A stretch of 64,000 nt of DNA. Source: a virus. Shown here piece after piece: positions 50,283 to 61,600 of this stretch. A program made the position numbers and the translations under genes. The DNA is taken from positions 1 to 64,000 of the IMG/VR virus record IMGVR_UViG_3300027917_000032; one strand, written 5' to 3'. Below the pieces are notes generated by a model. The model saw only the letters and a program-made list of their open reading frames with translations. It ran no database searches and was not told where the DNA came from. Positions within the stretch are counted from its first letter, which is position 1, and every line of letters starts with the position of its first letter.

Positions 50283-50902
50283 TGCCAAAAGCACCCAGTA
50301 GCCTCATTCCGATGAACGGGCACATGCTCGTCTCTGTAGACGTAGAAACAACGGGCCGACTCGCAGGCTGGCATGAAATTATCCAGATTGCAGTCGTCCC
50401 GCTGACAAGTGATATTGAACCCGTGCCCGACCGAAACCCGTTCTACATGAACATAGCGCCGCAATATCCAGAGCGGCACGAGAATCTTGCTCAGACAGTT
50501 CATGGACTAGACCTTGAAGAGTTACGAACCACCTGCCCTGATGCTTGGAAAGTGGCCGATTTGTTTGATGAATGGGTGCAGTCGTTTGACTTACCATTTA
50601 ACAAGCGGCTTATTCCTTTAGCACATAATTGGGGATTTGAACGCGGCTTCTTGCAGCATTGGCTTGGGCTTGATTCCTTTGATGCGCTGTTTATGTCGCT
50701 GGCGCGGGACACCATGTTGTTTGCATTAAGCATTAACGATGCGGCAGCTTATCACGGGCTGGATATTCCATTTCCGTATGTTGGCTTGAAAGCCGTTGCA
50801 AAGAAATACGGGATCGTAAATCCCAACCCTCACGACGCACTTTCCGACGCATTAACGGGAGCCAAGCTATACAAAGCTATGCTGACTTCCTTCGGTCACT
50901 AA
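50282..50902 (+). CDS. DEDDh 3'-5' exonuclease (DnaQ-like)
   Basis: VDVETTG, AHN..FE, RDT, HDALSDA. Confidence 0.9.
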   Translation: MPKAPSSLIPMNGHMLVSVDVETTGRLAGWHEIIQIAVVPLTSDIEPVPDRNPFYMNIAPQYPERHENLAQTVHGLDLEELRTTCPDAWKVADLFDEWVQSFDLPFNKRLIPLAHNWGFERGFLQHWLGLDSFDALFMSLARDTMLFALSINDAAAYHGLDIPFPYVGLKAVAKKYGIVNPNPHDALSDALTGAKLYKAMLTSFGH

Positions 50903-51039
50903 CGCGGAAACCCCTCAGCCTTTCGATCCTTACGCTTCCCTGGTCGCGGCTTGACCGCGATCAGGGTTTTTGTTTCTTCCGGGATCGGCACATTCTTCGT
51001 CGTTCGGTTGCCTGAGTTCTTACCGGCGCAACACCCCAT
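50899..51039 (-). CDS. small basic protein (MGCCAGK..., 46 aa)
   Basis: AGGAG RBS; last gene of the structural run. Confidence 0.55.
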   Translation of the reverse strand: MGCCAGKNSGNRTTKNVPIPEETKTLIAVKPRPGKRKDRKAEGFPR

Positions 51040-51113
51040 GTGAGTCTCCTCTGTATTGTAGCAGGCGCAGCAAGCCTATCGCACAACGTACTCGACACGC
51101 CCGCCTGCTTTAA

Positions 51114-51869
51114 TTACCAGAAGTCCCTCGGACAGTGCTCTGTCTCCATCCGAATCTTGTTCATCAAGGCCGCGCCTTCGGCACGCACCTTACAGCCGCA
51201 GCCTTTACATCGCTGACTTTTCTTATCGTACCAATTACACTGGGAGCAGTAGGTAGCATGTAAATGGTTTACTTCCGTGTCGGTTCGGATTGGCCGCCCC
51301 GCCTTGATCCAATTCTTCACAGCTTGCCAGTAGGAAACCGCGAGCTTTTTCACGGCGGGAAAATCAGGAATATCCTCTGGGTTTGTTGACGCACCAACTT
51401 GAGTCAATGCGCCTTTACAATGCTCACACTCCTTCGGCAGCACCGCTTTCTTCACTATACTACAGTAGGCGTTTACCTGTAACTGCCCATCTGGCTTGCG
51501 GTCATTGTTGAAAGCCCGAAACGGGCACGGATACCAAGCCGAGTCAAATGTCCAGGCATCATCTTCACGTCTCGCGTAGCCTCGGGGACAAATGGGAGGG
51601 GCGGCGTCAGTAGGCGTGTACCTCACTTCACCATCCTCACCATACATGGGCTGGGGGTAGATGGCATTAGCGGGAGCTTGTAATTTACATGGTTGATGAC
51701 TCAGCAGAACTTGTCGAAGCGTGCAGCGGGAGCATGATTCCTCCTCAACTTCCTTTCCATAGGTTTCGGCCCCGCCGTGGGCGCAACGATATAGCTCCCG
51801 CCGCTCGCCCGATTGCTCCTTGCGAATCACTCTCCGTCGTTTCTGGCACGGTATGTATTTCATTACCAT
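51114..51869 (-). CDS. Cys-rich protein with DUF6171-like C-terminus
   Basis: CxxC...CxxCGC......K......CP...W. Confidence 0.7.
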   Translation of the reverse strand: MVMKYIPCQKRRRVIRKEQSGERRELYRCAHGGAETYGKEVEEESCSRCTLRQVLLSHQPCKLQAPANAIYPQPMYGEDGEVRYTPTDAAPPICPRGYARREDDAWTFDSAWYPCPFRAFNNDRKPDGQLQVNAYCSIVKKAVLPKECEHCKGALTQVGASTNPEDIPDFPAVKKLAVSYWQAVKNWIKAGRPIRTDTEVNHLHATYCSQCNWYDKKSQRCKGCGCKVRAEGAALMNKIRMETEHCPRDFW

Positions 51870-52243
51870 AGCTCCAGCGGGCAGGTGAAGGCAGTGTACT
51901 TGACGTACTCATCAATTGGTGTGAAGTTAGAGCACCCGCAGGATACACAGAACTTGCTCACAGCGTCGTAGAACTTGCAACGGTGGCAGTAAGTCTCCAG
52001 TATCTCAGCCCGCTCATCTTCAGAGCGTTGTTCCAACTCTGCACGGTCATACACGTCACCCATGACAGCGACGAATTGCTCATCTTCTGCGTCGGGCTCG
52101 GCACGAAGCTGACACTCCATGCAGATTGCTTTACTCACCGGCTCGCAGTGATGGATACATCGGTAGTCACCGCAAGACGATACATGAACACGCATAGCAG
52201 TCTCAAATATCGTCCGCTGGTTTTTGCAGACTCGTTCTCTCAT
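51863..52243 (-). CDS. Cys-rich protein with DUF6171-like C-terminus
   Basis: CHRC...CVSCGC......K...FTCPLELW. Confidence 0.7.
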   Translation of the reverse strand: MRERVCKNQRTIFETAMRVHVSSCGDYRCIHHCEPVSKAICMECQLRAEPDAEDEQFVAVMGDVYDRAELEQRSEDERAEILETYCHRCKFYDAVSKFCVSCGCSNFTPIDEYVKYTAFTCPLELW

Positions 52244-52260
52244 CTCTCTCCCTCTCTCGG

Positions 52261-55185
52261 TTAATCTGCCGATTTCGGCTCATAGATTTCATTCTGGTTT
52301 GGCGCGTTCGGGTCGCCCGGCAGTTCCTCGCACTCGTCGGGGTACTCAGGGTCGGCAATCGCTTTTGGCGCTCGCACCATCCACGGGGCCGACTGGTTGC
52401 AGAAGTATCCGCAGTTCTCGGTCAAGTCCTTAATCTCCGCGAGCTTTTGCTGATAGAACAGCCACGCTCCGAAGGCCGCGCCAAACGTGTGGCAAAAGGA
52501 ACTCAGTGTAGACGTACAAGGCGTGCCACCGTCGTTACACCAGCAAGGGCCACCGACGCAACCGCCCAGGATGTTCCCAGACGTTACGCCGGGTGGAACG
52601 GGTGTCACGTACCAGACCTTCACTTCGTACACACAACCGTCGCCGTACTGCGGCTCACCGCACGCCGTTCGCCTCTTCTTCTTGTCCGAGTCGTTGCCTG
52701 CGGCGGGCACATCCTTATTCAAGGTATTGTCCATCGCCATCCGGCGCGCTTGCTTCGCAATTTCCAACGCTTGAAATTCCGGCTCCTCTTCTTCAGTGTC
52801 CGCAAAGTCCGAGATTTGACAAAAGACTGTGGGCGCAGAATCGTCCAAGTCAGACGGGTGGCGGTCGCCACTCGTCAGTACAACAAAGTTCTCGTCTGTT
52901 GTGTCGCCACCGCTCAGGATATGGTCAGCCGGTGGTGTGACATTGAAATCATAGCCAGGGTCAGCCGCCGCCGCTTCACCGGGGAGGGGCCACTGAGCCG
53001 TTGCAGATTTATTGGCAGGCCACGCCCAGTAGTAAGGCTCATTCGTGCCCGCGCGAATTGGTGTCCATGCCTGAAAGTTGATGGTATTGTTCTCGTTATT
53101 GAACTCGGCCTTGGTGATAATACACTTTACTTGGGACGCCGAAAACTGCGGCAAGTCAAGAGTTATCGCATCAAACAAATCCAGGTCAAGATGCTTGATA
53201 GTTGTTGTGAAACTTACTTGCTTCCATGTGTGCGAATCCCTAATCAGCCAGAAGGTAGCCGACTTCAGAATGGTGTCAAAGGTGTTTTGAGTGAAGTAAT
53301 CACGCGCAACTTCCTGCACGCCATACTTGGGTACATTGTTTTTCAGAACAATCGTCCGCTCGACGTCATCATCACTCTCGACCCCCGCCTCACCATTCTG
53401 CCATTTTATAACGTGCTTTGTAGCAATATCCTCAGTCGTTGTATGGGTGACGTTAAACGTACCCACAAGAATATCGCTACCTGTAAGCGTCCGCACGGAC
53501 GTAGGCTCCTCAGACAAATACTTAATGTAGATGACGCCATTACGAACATAGACAGCACACCGCGTCTGGTACGCAATATCCTGGATCAGTTGCAGCACAT
53601 TCCGCCGCTCCTTTACCCAGAAGTTCGTCGGGTAGTTTGTCATCTTCGCTTGTACGGCTGTGAACGAGGTTGTGTCCACCGTAAGACTGGTATACTTCTC
53701 CACGAGCCATTCGATCACGTCTACGGGATTCGGCCCAACGTCCGATGTGAATGAAACGTAGAGTTGATCTTCCCAGTCAGAGTCGTATAGGCTGAGCTTC
53801 TTTTCTAACCCAATCTCGACTACGGTATACCCATCGTAATCCGTTTCGTATACTGTGTAATAGGACGACGGCACTTCTAGCAAAAGACTTCGGCCCGTTG
53901 GCTGCCGTTTGTATGCCGCCACGTTGTTGATCGTTCCGGGTATCAAGCTAACGATGTAGAGAATTTCGGCCTTCTCCTCAAGGAATACGTCAGTCCCAGG
54001 AGGAATCCAGAAGAAGCCCGCCGCTTCCATCTCATCAAAGGCTTTTTGCGACGCCGTAGGGCCACCCTCGTAAACTTGCCGAAATGTAGGACTAGCCGGA
54101 TCGCAGTCATCTTCATAGTTATTAACGTCGAAATACCAAGCAGTGCCGGTTCCACTCTCAGTCCACCCAGACGTCCACGACGTCGGCTCTAATCCAATTG
54201 ATCTGTCCGGGATTTCCTTACACGGCTGCCGTTCCCAATCTGCGAACTCAGGGTGGACACGTTGCGTTACCTTGAAGGTGTTGCCGCTAAAGGTGCCAGT
54301 AAATTTGGCCCCGTTAATGTTCAGCGTGACATTCGTATTTTGCGGGAAGTCTTCACCGCCGCGAATATTCAGCGTCTTGTGTTCATACGACTGTTGTTGC
54401 TCCAACAGGTACACCAAGTTGCAAATAGTCTCGTATCTATTTTGCACGCACTCTAAATCAGGGCCATACGATTGCTGCGTCGTTGAGTCATAGTTTCCAG
54501 CCCCATCGGTAGATAGTGTAGTTTCTTCACCGGTTGAGACACTTGGACACTGAATGTAACGTGCTTGACAGATTCGCTCGGTTAGTGTAAAGTCCGACAC
54601 ACCTTCCCCGTGTGTTAAGATACCACGCTGCGGAGCCCGCACTTGAACCGCTCCCATATTGCAGACTTCACCAAACACCAGCGGCCAAACCTTACCCCTG
54701 GCTTCTTCGGGTATGCTGTCAAAGTCCCCTTCCTCCATCGAGAACGCTACTTCATTATCTTCCCGCTTTGTGAGCACATCAAAGGTTAAAGTACGCTCAC
54801 CCTCACTCCACGCAATCGGAGATGTAATCTCGCCTTTGAAGAGGAGAAATTTATGTGCTACAGTAAGACCTTGGAATCCTTGGTAAACCCAAACAGGTCG
54901 TTTGTGAATGTCGTGCTGATCGAGCAACGCCTTCAACTCACCGTCAATATCATCTAGTGTCAGCGAAATAGATTGCGAATCACTAGTACCCGTTACCATT
55001 GTTGCCATGTCAAAGTTACCCACCTGAATGATAGTGGGATACGGGTAGTCCAAGCCCGAGAGTTTTTGGTCGGAGTAGAGTATCTTTTCACCGCCGTCAA
55101 CCCATTGAACTTCAACAATCAACAACGGCTCAGAGCCGTGCTTCTGTTGCAAATTGCTCAAAATGCCTGCCGGTACATCCCGCAT
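52261..55185 (-). CDS. large minor tail / tail-tip protein with Cys-rich C-terminus
   Basis: Position downstream of the tape measure; PLVFG, NPVD.I..L, DL.L.D.I motifs. Confidence 0.75.
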   Translation of the reverse strand: MRDVPAGILSNLQQKHGSEPLLIVEVQWVDGGEKILYSDQKLSGLDYPYPTIIQVGNFDMATMVTGTSDSQSISLTLDDIDGELKALLDQHDIHKRPVWVYQGFQGLTVAHKFLLFKGEITSPIAWSEGERTLTFDVLTKREDNEVAFSMEEGDFDSIPEEARGKVWPLVFGEVCNMGAVQVRAPQRGILTHGEGVSDFTLTERICQARYIQCPSVSTGEETTLSTDGAGNYDSTTQQSYGPDLECVQNRYETICNLVYLLEQQQSYEHKTLNIRGGEDFPQNTNVTLNINGAKFTGTFSGNTFKVTQRVHPEFADWERQPCKEIPDRSIGLEPTSWTSGWTESGTGTAWYFDVNNYEDDCDPASPTFRQVYEGGPTASQKAFDEMEAAGFFWIPPGTDVFLEEKAEILYIVSLIPGTINNVAAYKRQPTGRSLLLEVPSSYYTVYETDYDGYTVVEIGLEKKLSLYDSDWEDQLYVSFTSDVGPNPVDVIEWLVEKYTSLTVDTTSFTAVQAKMTNYPTNFWVKERRNVLQLIQDIAYQTRCAVYVRNGVIYIKYLSEEPTSVRTLTGSDILVGTFNVTHTTTEDIATKHVIKWQNGEAGVESDDDVERTIVLKNNVPKYGVQEVARDYFTQNTFDTILKSATFWLIRDSHTWKQVSFTTTIKHLDLDLFDAITLDLPQFSASQVKCIITKAEFNNENNTINFQAWTPIRAGTNEPYYWAWPANKSATAQWPLPGEAAAADPGYDFNVTPPADHILSGGDTTDENFVVLTSGDRHPSDLDDSAPTVFCQISDFADTEEEEPEFQALEIAKQARRMAMDNTLNKDVPAAGNDSDKKKRRTACGEPQYGDGCVYEVKVWYVTPVPPGVTSGNILGGCVGGPCWCNDGGTPCTSTLSSFCHTFGAAFGAWLFYQQKLAEIKDLTENCGYFCNQSAPWMVRAPKAIADPEYPDECEELPGDPNAPNQNEIYEPKSAD

Positions 55186-55568
55186 TATTCTCTCTCCTCA
55201 AACTCCAAGGTTAGGTCCATGACTTCTCCGCCAGGGAACCTGACTGCTCGACCACTCCCCGTGCTTTCAAATGGATTGTTCACCAAGTAACCAATCCAGA
55301 TGTTACTATCATGGTCAATGACCTGAATTGGCAGGCGGTAGTAGGCGTTGATAAAAACCCGTAATTCCAGAGCTTTATTTCGCGCTACAGTAAAGTCCCA
55401 TTGAAGCCGTTTTCGCCCGCCCCGCGATTTAACATAGGTGTAGGATGTTCCATCCATCGCCCGGCTAATCTGCATAGTCGAAGTCAGACCAACCGAGTCG
55501 CTAAACTTCGGGCTGGGCAACACCAATGTTACTTGGAGACTGGGGTAAGGTGCGCGTAGTGTAAACAT
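55185..55568 (-). CDS. minor tail protein (distal-tail-like)
   Basis: Position; similar to the C-terminal domain of 55568..57037. Confidence 0.6.
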   Translation of the reverse strand: MFTLRAPYPSLQVTLVLPSPKFSDSVGLTSTMQISRAMDGTSYTYVKSRGGRKRLQWDFTVARNKALELRVFINAYYRLPIQVIDHDSNIWIGYLVNNPFESTGSGRAVRFPGGEVMDLTLEFEERE

Positions 55569-57037
55569 TAGGGACTCACCACTGTTTCTTCAACCACGTC
55601 GTCAAGTACCATCACATCCGTCAAGGTGCGATGCCATTCAACAATCAGTGTTTGACTGTCGGACATATTCATGTGATTGCCGGGCGGTAGTTCCTCTACT
55701 ATTGTGCCCTCAAATTCAAACGTCAGCGTCCAGCGACAACCACGCCCATCTTGGGCTGCCCGATCATTTGGCGTCGTTATAATGCCCACCCACTGCGTTC
55801 CTTCCCAGTCGATGATGCCCACTTCTTTTCCAATGTGATCGACCATGAATTGCTGCATGTCATCCACTTCAGTCTTAGTAAGACCAGAGAAGCTGAGAAT
55901 CAAAGTTTGAATCTTGGGCCATGTTGGGTCGGCAAAAATTGTCAAACGACCGCCGCGTGTTTCTCTGTTGATTCGAGTGAAGGATTGCCGATCCCTGTTG
56001 TCAAGGTTCGGAGCCCGAAGCTCGACAATATCGGTAGACTCACCCAGAGCGGGATAGAGTAGCAGGAATCGTTCTCCATCCGGTAGTCTAGGAATGTACT
56101 CCAAGCTATCGTCAGGCGGCGTGGGATTGGACGTGGAGGTACTCTCCCCGATAAAAGGCGTGTAGGCTTTCTTGTCGCACGGGTCGGGCAAGTAGTAAGT
56201 GAGTGTGTGACCCAGGCCCATCGAATCTGTCACAGTGCGATCCCACACCCCGTTTGTCTGAACAACTTGCGTCAAATCCAGTTCCGACGCAGGAATATCT
56301 TTAGACTTGCCTGCGTTCAGCGTTTGCACCAACGAGAGATTTGAAGAAGGCGTCTCGCTCCAGTATGCCTCGTCGGCCATATTCATTGTCGTTGTGACGT
56401 TCTCTTGATGCGGGTAGCCTGCCCCATGCACAAGGTCAATCGCATCCGAGAGTCGTTCAAACTTATCCTCATACGGCATAAAGCCATTGAGAAACATCTT
56501 ACTCTGGCATGAGATTCGGATAGTTCCACGAACGCTGACGGCTTGCGTCATCGACATTGTGGAATCAACAAGATTAGAAAGACCGGTCACTTCGGCCAAG
56601 TCGGTAAGATTTAAGTCGTGGCTCAGCCCAATGAAATCGCCAACACTAACGAACTCAGAAACAATGTCTGAGACCGCCATGTTGGTTGTGAGACTTTCTT
56701 CTTTTACACGCCCGGCTTGGTGTACTAGCGTCAGCGTGCTTGACGCCGACGCCGGAATAGATATTGGCAACGTTTGTGTCATTGACAAGTTTGATGTAAG
56801 CGACCGCGTGAGATTAAGTCCAACGGCTACGTCGTCGGACAGTGCCATCACGCTGTTTACATCTTCCTCAAATGATGCCGACGCCTCCGCCAACACTTCA
56901 ACGTGCTGCCGAGTTACACGCAACTTACCGTCACTAGCGGGTGCGAGCACTTCAACGTGCTGCCGCGTAACCCGTAGCTCACCATCGCTTGCAGGCGCAA
57001 GCACTTCAACGTGTTGTCGCGTGACTCGTAAAGCCAT
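55568..57037 (-). CDS. minor tail protein with N-terminal 17-aa repeats
   Basis: LRVTRQHVEVLAPASDG x3; Ser/Thr-rich degenerate repeats. Confidence 0.65.
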   Translation of the reverse strand: MALRVTRQHVEVLAPASDGELRVTRQHVEVLAPASDGKLRVTRQHVEVLAEASASFEEDVNSVMALSDDVAVGLNLTRSLTSNLSMTQTLPISIPASASSTLTLVHQAGRVKEESLTTNMAVSDIVSEFVSVGDFIGLSHDLNLTDLAEVTGLSNLVDSTMSMTQAVSVRGTIRISCQSKMFLNGFMPYEDKFERLSDAIDLVHGAGYPHQENVTTTMNMADEAYWSETPSSNLSLVQTLNAGKSKDIPASELDLTQVVQTNGVWDRTVTDSMGLGHTLTYYLPDPCDKKAYTPFIGESTSTSNPTPPDDSLEYIPRLPDGERFLLLYPALGESTDIVELRAPNLDNRDRQSFTRINRETRGGRLTIFADPTWPKIQTLILSFSGLTKTEVDDMQQFMVDHIGKEVGIIDWEGTQWVGIITTPNDRAAQDGRGCRWTLTFEFEGTIVEELPPGNHMNMSDSQTLIVEWHRTLTDVMVLDDVVEETVVSP

Positions 57038-58071
57038 TAGGTCTTAACCTTTACGCCAAAGTTTGCCGCGTTGATCGCTGCCATCGTCCAAGCAGAGTTA
57101 GTATCGGGGTCTTGCTCCTCCAGACGTGTAAACTCCGTATAGCTTGAACTCATCGCCTGTCCAGAATCATCATACTCAGTACCATTTGATTCGACAATGG
57201 TAATCAACTCAAAATCAGTGGCGTCCGTCTCCTTCGCCATTGTGCGAACGACGAGTCCAGCAATCGTACCTAAACTCGCAACACTTCCATAAGTCCAAAT
57301 GTCTTTGTTGGTGTTTGTACTTTCTTCCACATAGCTTGTATCATCATCGCAGATTGTTTCATCTACATTCTCATAGTGATTGGCGCTAGGTGTTGAAGTT
57401 CCAAACCCCGTTGTGTCATCGCCATCAGGATTGATTCGCACGACCTTGTGATTTCCAAGGAAGTCATTGTTGACAGAGCCAGTGCTATCGCAGACATACA
57501 TATCATCCCAAGTTGGATGCACCCCTGATGTGTCTGAGGGAGCGAGCCTAACCCTGTCGTGGTAGGCATTAGACCCAGCCTGCGTATCTGTGCCCGTGCC
57601 GCTACACACATTCACCCCATTTACACGGACTTCATAAGTACCAGCCGTATTATCACACAGCACTTTGAACTCAATGTAGTCCCAGCTATTTGTTCCAATC
57701 CCTGCTCCAGTGGATGTGTCGATAAGCGTCGCATCCCGATACACACTAATCTCACTTGCTGACGCCGCAACCTGCAAATTCATCCCACGTTGCGAACCAT
57801 CATAGAAAGCGACGATAGCTACTTGATCCGTAGTCTCACGCTTGAAGGCCGCGCCCCAAATAAGCGTGTCATCAGTCGTAAGTGGTTCTGACTCCAGGTA
57901 ACAGGTATACCGATTGAAGTCCAGTGCGTAGCCACCTGTTCGTCCCGAGGCAATTCGCATGTAATTTTCTGCCGACACTGAGTAGCGTCGGCCCACCACG
58001 TCGGTAGGTGAAGGCGCACTACCCGCGCTCGTGCCGAAACCTTCAAATCCTTCAATAAGCAGAAGTGCCAT
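57037..58071 (-). CDS. virion protein with LamG/ConA-like beta-sandwich, putative adhesin
   Basis: W.YIEFKV......GTYEVRVNG, DD.YV. Confidence 0.6.
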   Translation of the reverse strand: MALLLIEGFEGFGTSAGSAPSPTDVVGRRYSVSAENYMRIASGRTGGYALDFNRYTCYLESEPLTTDDTLIWGAAFKRETTDQVAIVAFYDGSQRGMNLQVAASASEISVYRDATLIDTSTGAGIGTNSWDYIEFKVLCDNTAGTYEVRVNGVNVCSGTGTDTQAGSNAYHDRVRLAPSDTSGVHPTWDDMYVCDSTGSVNNDFLGNHKVVRINPDGDDTTGFGTSTPSANHYENVDETICDDDTSYVEESTNTNKDIWTYGSVASLGTIAGLVVRTMAKETDATDFELITIVESNGTEYDDSGQAMSSSYTEFTRLEEQDPDTNSAWTMAAINAANFGVKVKT

Positions 58072-58146
58072 AGCTTCACCTTTGTCTTGTAGAAGGAAGA
58101 CCCTGGCACAGTCACAAACTGTGCCAAGGTCAACCGAGGGAGAGAC

Positions 58147-58635
58147 TTAGCCGCTGACCGTGTAGGTAATCTTCAGCGTGTCCCCATTCTGGACCGAAAC
58201 CGTCGAGCTAAACAGTGCGGTAGACCAGAGGATGCCAGATGTACCACTAGCCTGATCGGTCACGAAGATACCCTTCAATGTGGCAGACGACGTGATAGAA
58301 AAGTCAGCCGTGGTTGAGTTAGAAATGGACCGCGAGGATGCAGAGCCAACCGACCAGGCAACGCGGTTGCCCGAGTACGGTGTGGCTTCCGACCAGCCCG
58401 TGTGCGATGCCAGCGTGTCGCTGTTGCTAACGCCAGTGTAGCCCGAGTTGTCAATAAGGCCAATATACCATGCGGTATGCTGCGATGTGGCACCAAAATG
58501 AACGTCCAAAAGATCATTCATGCCCACATCAACGATGCCATTAGGCACGCGGTACAGGCCAATGAGTTTGCCGTCACTGTTGCGGTGTTCAATGTAGTAA
58601 GCACCACGAAGCGGCAGATTGTGTTGGGATTTCAT
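58147..58635 (-). CDS. virion/tail structural protein
   Basis: Position; Y...RVAW, G.L...A.FS......GDTL.ITYT pattern. Confidence 0.65.
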   Translation of the reverse strand: MKSQHNLPLRGAYYIEHRNSDGKLIGLYRVPNGIVDVGMNDLLDVHFGATSQHTAWYIGLIDNSGYTGVSNSDTLASHTGWSEATPYSGNRVAWSVGSASSRSISNSTTADFSITSSATLKGIFVTDQASGTSGILWSTALFSSTVSVQNGDTLKITYTVSG

Positions 58636-58647
58636 GTGTTTCTCCCT

Positions 58648-61600
58648 TTAGGTTAGTTTGATTGTGCCCCGGCTGATTTCTCTCCGCAAACCGTGGGCAA
58701 TTTCCCGGATCGTTTGTTGTGAGTTGTCGCCTCCCTGGACTGTTACGTTAATGTCTCCGACGTTTGTTACTGAACCGCCCTGCTCACGATAGACGGGTTG
58801 TTGTCCCGCGTTAATAGCCTGAAGTTGCGGGAAGAAGTTACGAGCCGAGCGAGCATTGATGACAAACTCGCCAGGTGACAGCATCGCAGGGATGGTATCC
58901 GTACCACGACCACCGATGGCAAAGAATCGGCCACCCTTGGCCGCCGTGACAGCACCACCAGAACAGTATCCACTTGCCTGCGCACACGCTTCAGCCGCTT
59001 GCAGCGCTGACTGAGCCGTAACTTGCATCGCTTGGGAAGCCGTCCCAGCCAACTGTACTGAATTTTGCAACTGCGTGTTCCACGTACTTGTAGCCGTTGC
59101 AAGCTGATTTGTAGACGACACAGTTGAGAGAACTTGCTGATTGGTTCCCGCCGCAGCTTGTTCCGTTTGCTTGATCTGTGTCGTAGTTTCCATAAACGGG
59201 TTTACCAGCATCCCCGCATTGATAGAAGTTTGTCGAACCGCCTCAGCCGTGGCTTGGGTACTCGACGTAGCTTCTTTTATGTACGGGTTAATGCCGTTGT
59301 AAATTGTCCGCAGCGTGTTTACCTTTTCGTTCACACGTTCAGCAGCCGCCGCCTGAGCTTCAAACTCAGTCGAAGTTATCGAAGGCGGTTGCGGCGCGAC
59401 GGGTGGCGCGACGGGCGGTGCTACCGGCGCTGCCGGTTGCAAAATTGCGTTCTGAGCCGCCGTCGCTGCTTCCAATTCCGTTCTTACAGCCTCAGCTTGC
59501 CCCGCCTGAGCGGCAAGAGCCTGGGTAGCTGTAGCCGTAGCAGCAGGCAGGCTGGCCTGAGCTTGGCGACTAGCTTCCAACTGCTCTGTCGTCCCCTTGG
59601 CTGCCTCAGTCATTTCTTGCTGAGCGGCTGCACCAGCGCCAAACTTCTCGTTAATGTCGTCAAGTTTTCGTCGCGCTTCCTCCGCCTGCGGGCCGAGAAT
59701 ATCCACTTGGGAAATACCCCCAAGAGTGTCCCCCAAAGTCTGTGCAGCAGTAGCTACACTTCGCCAAGCCTCGGCACCTGCTTTAGCCTCCTCAGTCGTT
59801 ATTCGGCCAGTCTCTTGCAATTGGCGACCGTACTGATAGACTTCATTGAGATAAGTAGCTTCTGCTTCGGTCAGTCCGCGACGCTCCGCAGCAGCAGTTC
59901 GGACGATTTCAATGCTTTTTATTAGCGACTCGTTGTATTGCTCAGCGTAGCTTAATCTTTCTTTTTCAGGATCAATCGTCGCATCAAACCCCGCGCCAAC
60001 ACCACCGGAGATTCTAAACTCACCGAGTCGGTCTAAAAATCGGCTAAGTCGCGTAGACGTATCAACCTCCGACAACTCTTTCGCCGTTTTCAACTGGGCG
60101 TCGAGTGCCTTCATGTTGCGATCTACGGCGGAAGCTGCGGCATCGTGTTCCTTTATAATCTTCTCAGCAGTCTGGGCAATTTGCTCAGCCGTTTTGACAG
60201 AATCCCCGAGCACATTTATTTCACCAAACTGGTCAATGTAGGCTTGGAGGAAACCTTCATTTGTGATGGATAAGGTGATGTTCGCTCGAAAGTCTGTCGC
60301 GTTCAGCTTTGCCGCAAATGTGTTAATCATTCGGTCATAGTCAAGGTCGGCCTTTGACAGTGCATCGGTGATGCCATCTTTTAGATTAGACACGCCTTCG
60401 ACAATGCCCATTTGTTCAAACACATCGAAATCAAACGACCGATCTAACTCGGCGCGCAGGTCTTCCATGAGAGCTTTGGAGCGTTCTGCACGTTCCTCCA
60501 GCTCTTTCATGCTCTTCGGTTCAGTCTCGTTGAGACGTTCGTACTCTTCAATGAGAGCTTTTACAGTCTCTTGGGAGGCGATACCGCTTTCTTTGAGGGC
60601 TCGAATCTGCTCTTTACTCGCTGCCGACTGCGCCTTTTCGCGGTCGATTTGAAACTGCGTTTCCGCTTTGATTCGGTCCCCGCGAATTTTCGCCAGGTCT
60701 TCCTCAGCTTGACGAATTAAACCGACATTACTCAGACGCTCCGCTTGAGCCAGAGCTTCTTGCGCTCGTTTCTCTGCGATGTGCGAAAGTTCGCGGGCGG
60801 CGGTAGCTCGTTCCTCATTAGCCCCGACTTTTGCGTAGGCTTGTCGAGCTTTTGTCGCTTCTTCCTCGGCGCGTTTAAGAGTGACCCAAAACTTATTGCG
60901 ATCACTCAAGCGACGAGTTTCACTTTTGAACGATGCTTCGGCAATCGCTTCCTGCGTATCGGCAACTTCCTGCATGGAAGTTTTGATTGCCGAATCGGCC
61001 GCCGTACCAGCTTTCTCAATCGCTTTGATGGCGTCTTCACGCTTGCTGAAGATGGTGTCAACAATGCCTTCCAGCGTCTCACCGATGACTTTTGACTGAA
61101 TCTGAAGCCGCTTGAAATCCTTTTGGTATTCAAGCGCGACAGCCGAAAAGTAGTCTGCCGTGGCCTTTCGCCGCGCAACAAACTCTTGGTTGGTTTTCTG
61201 GATTCTCGCTGATGCTTGTCGGTCATGCTCATCAGTGAGTCGCTTTTCTTCCGCAATCAAATCGTTGACTAACGCTTCCGCTTCGCCCGAACTTTCCGTG
61301 AGCCATTTAGTCAATTCAACAGCCGCCAACGCTGCCAACATAGCGATAGCAACGGGCGCAAGAGAAGCCAAGGCCGTTTTCAAAACTCCTGCGGACGCAG
61401 TAGCCCCTGCCATCGCAGCAGCCGATTGAGCCGCCGCAAGTCGCACCCCGACTAGACCAGAAACCGCACCTACAGCCGCAACTTTTAGCAAGTCCATGTT
61501 GCGGATCATCCAGTCCAGCGCTTCGATTACTGGAGTCAAAACCGAAAGAATCGCTTCCCCCGCACCGATCATAGTTGTCTTTAGACGCTGCCACGCCTCA

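Noticed and set aside
52447-53754. Long plus-strand ORFs antisense to real genes (also 18415..19116, 24518..25315, 59134..59925)
   Set aside because: Shadow frames opposite well-supported genes, with no motifs or RBS
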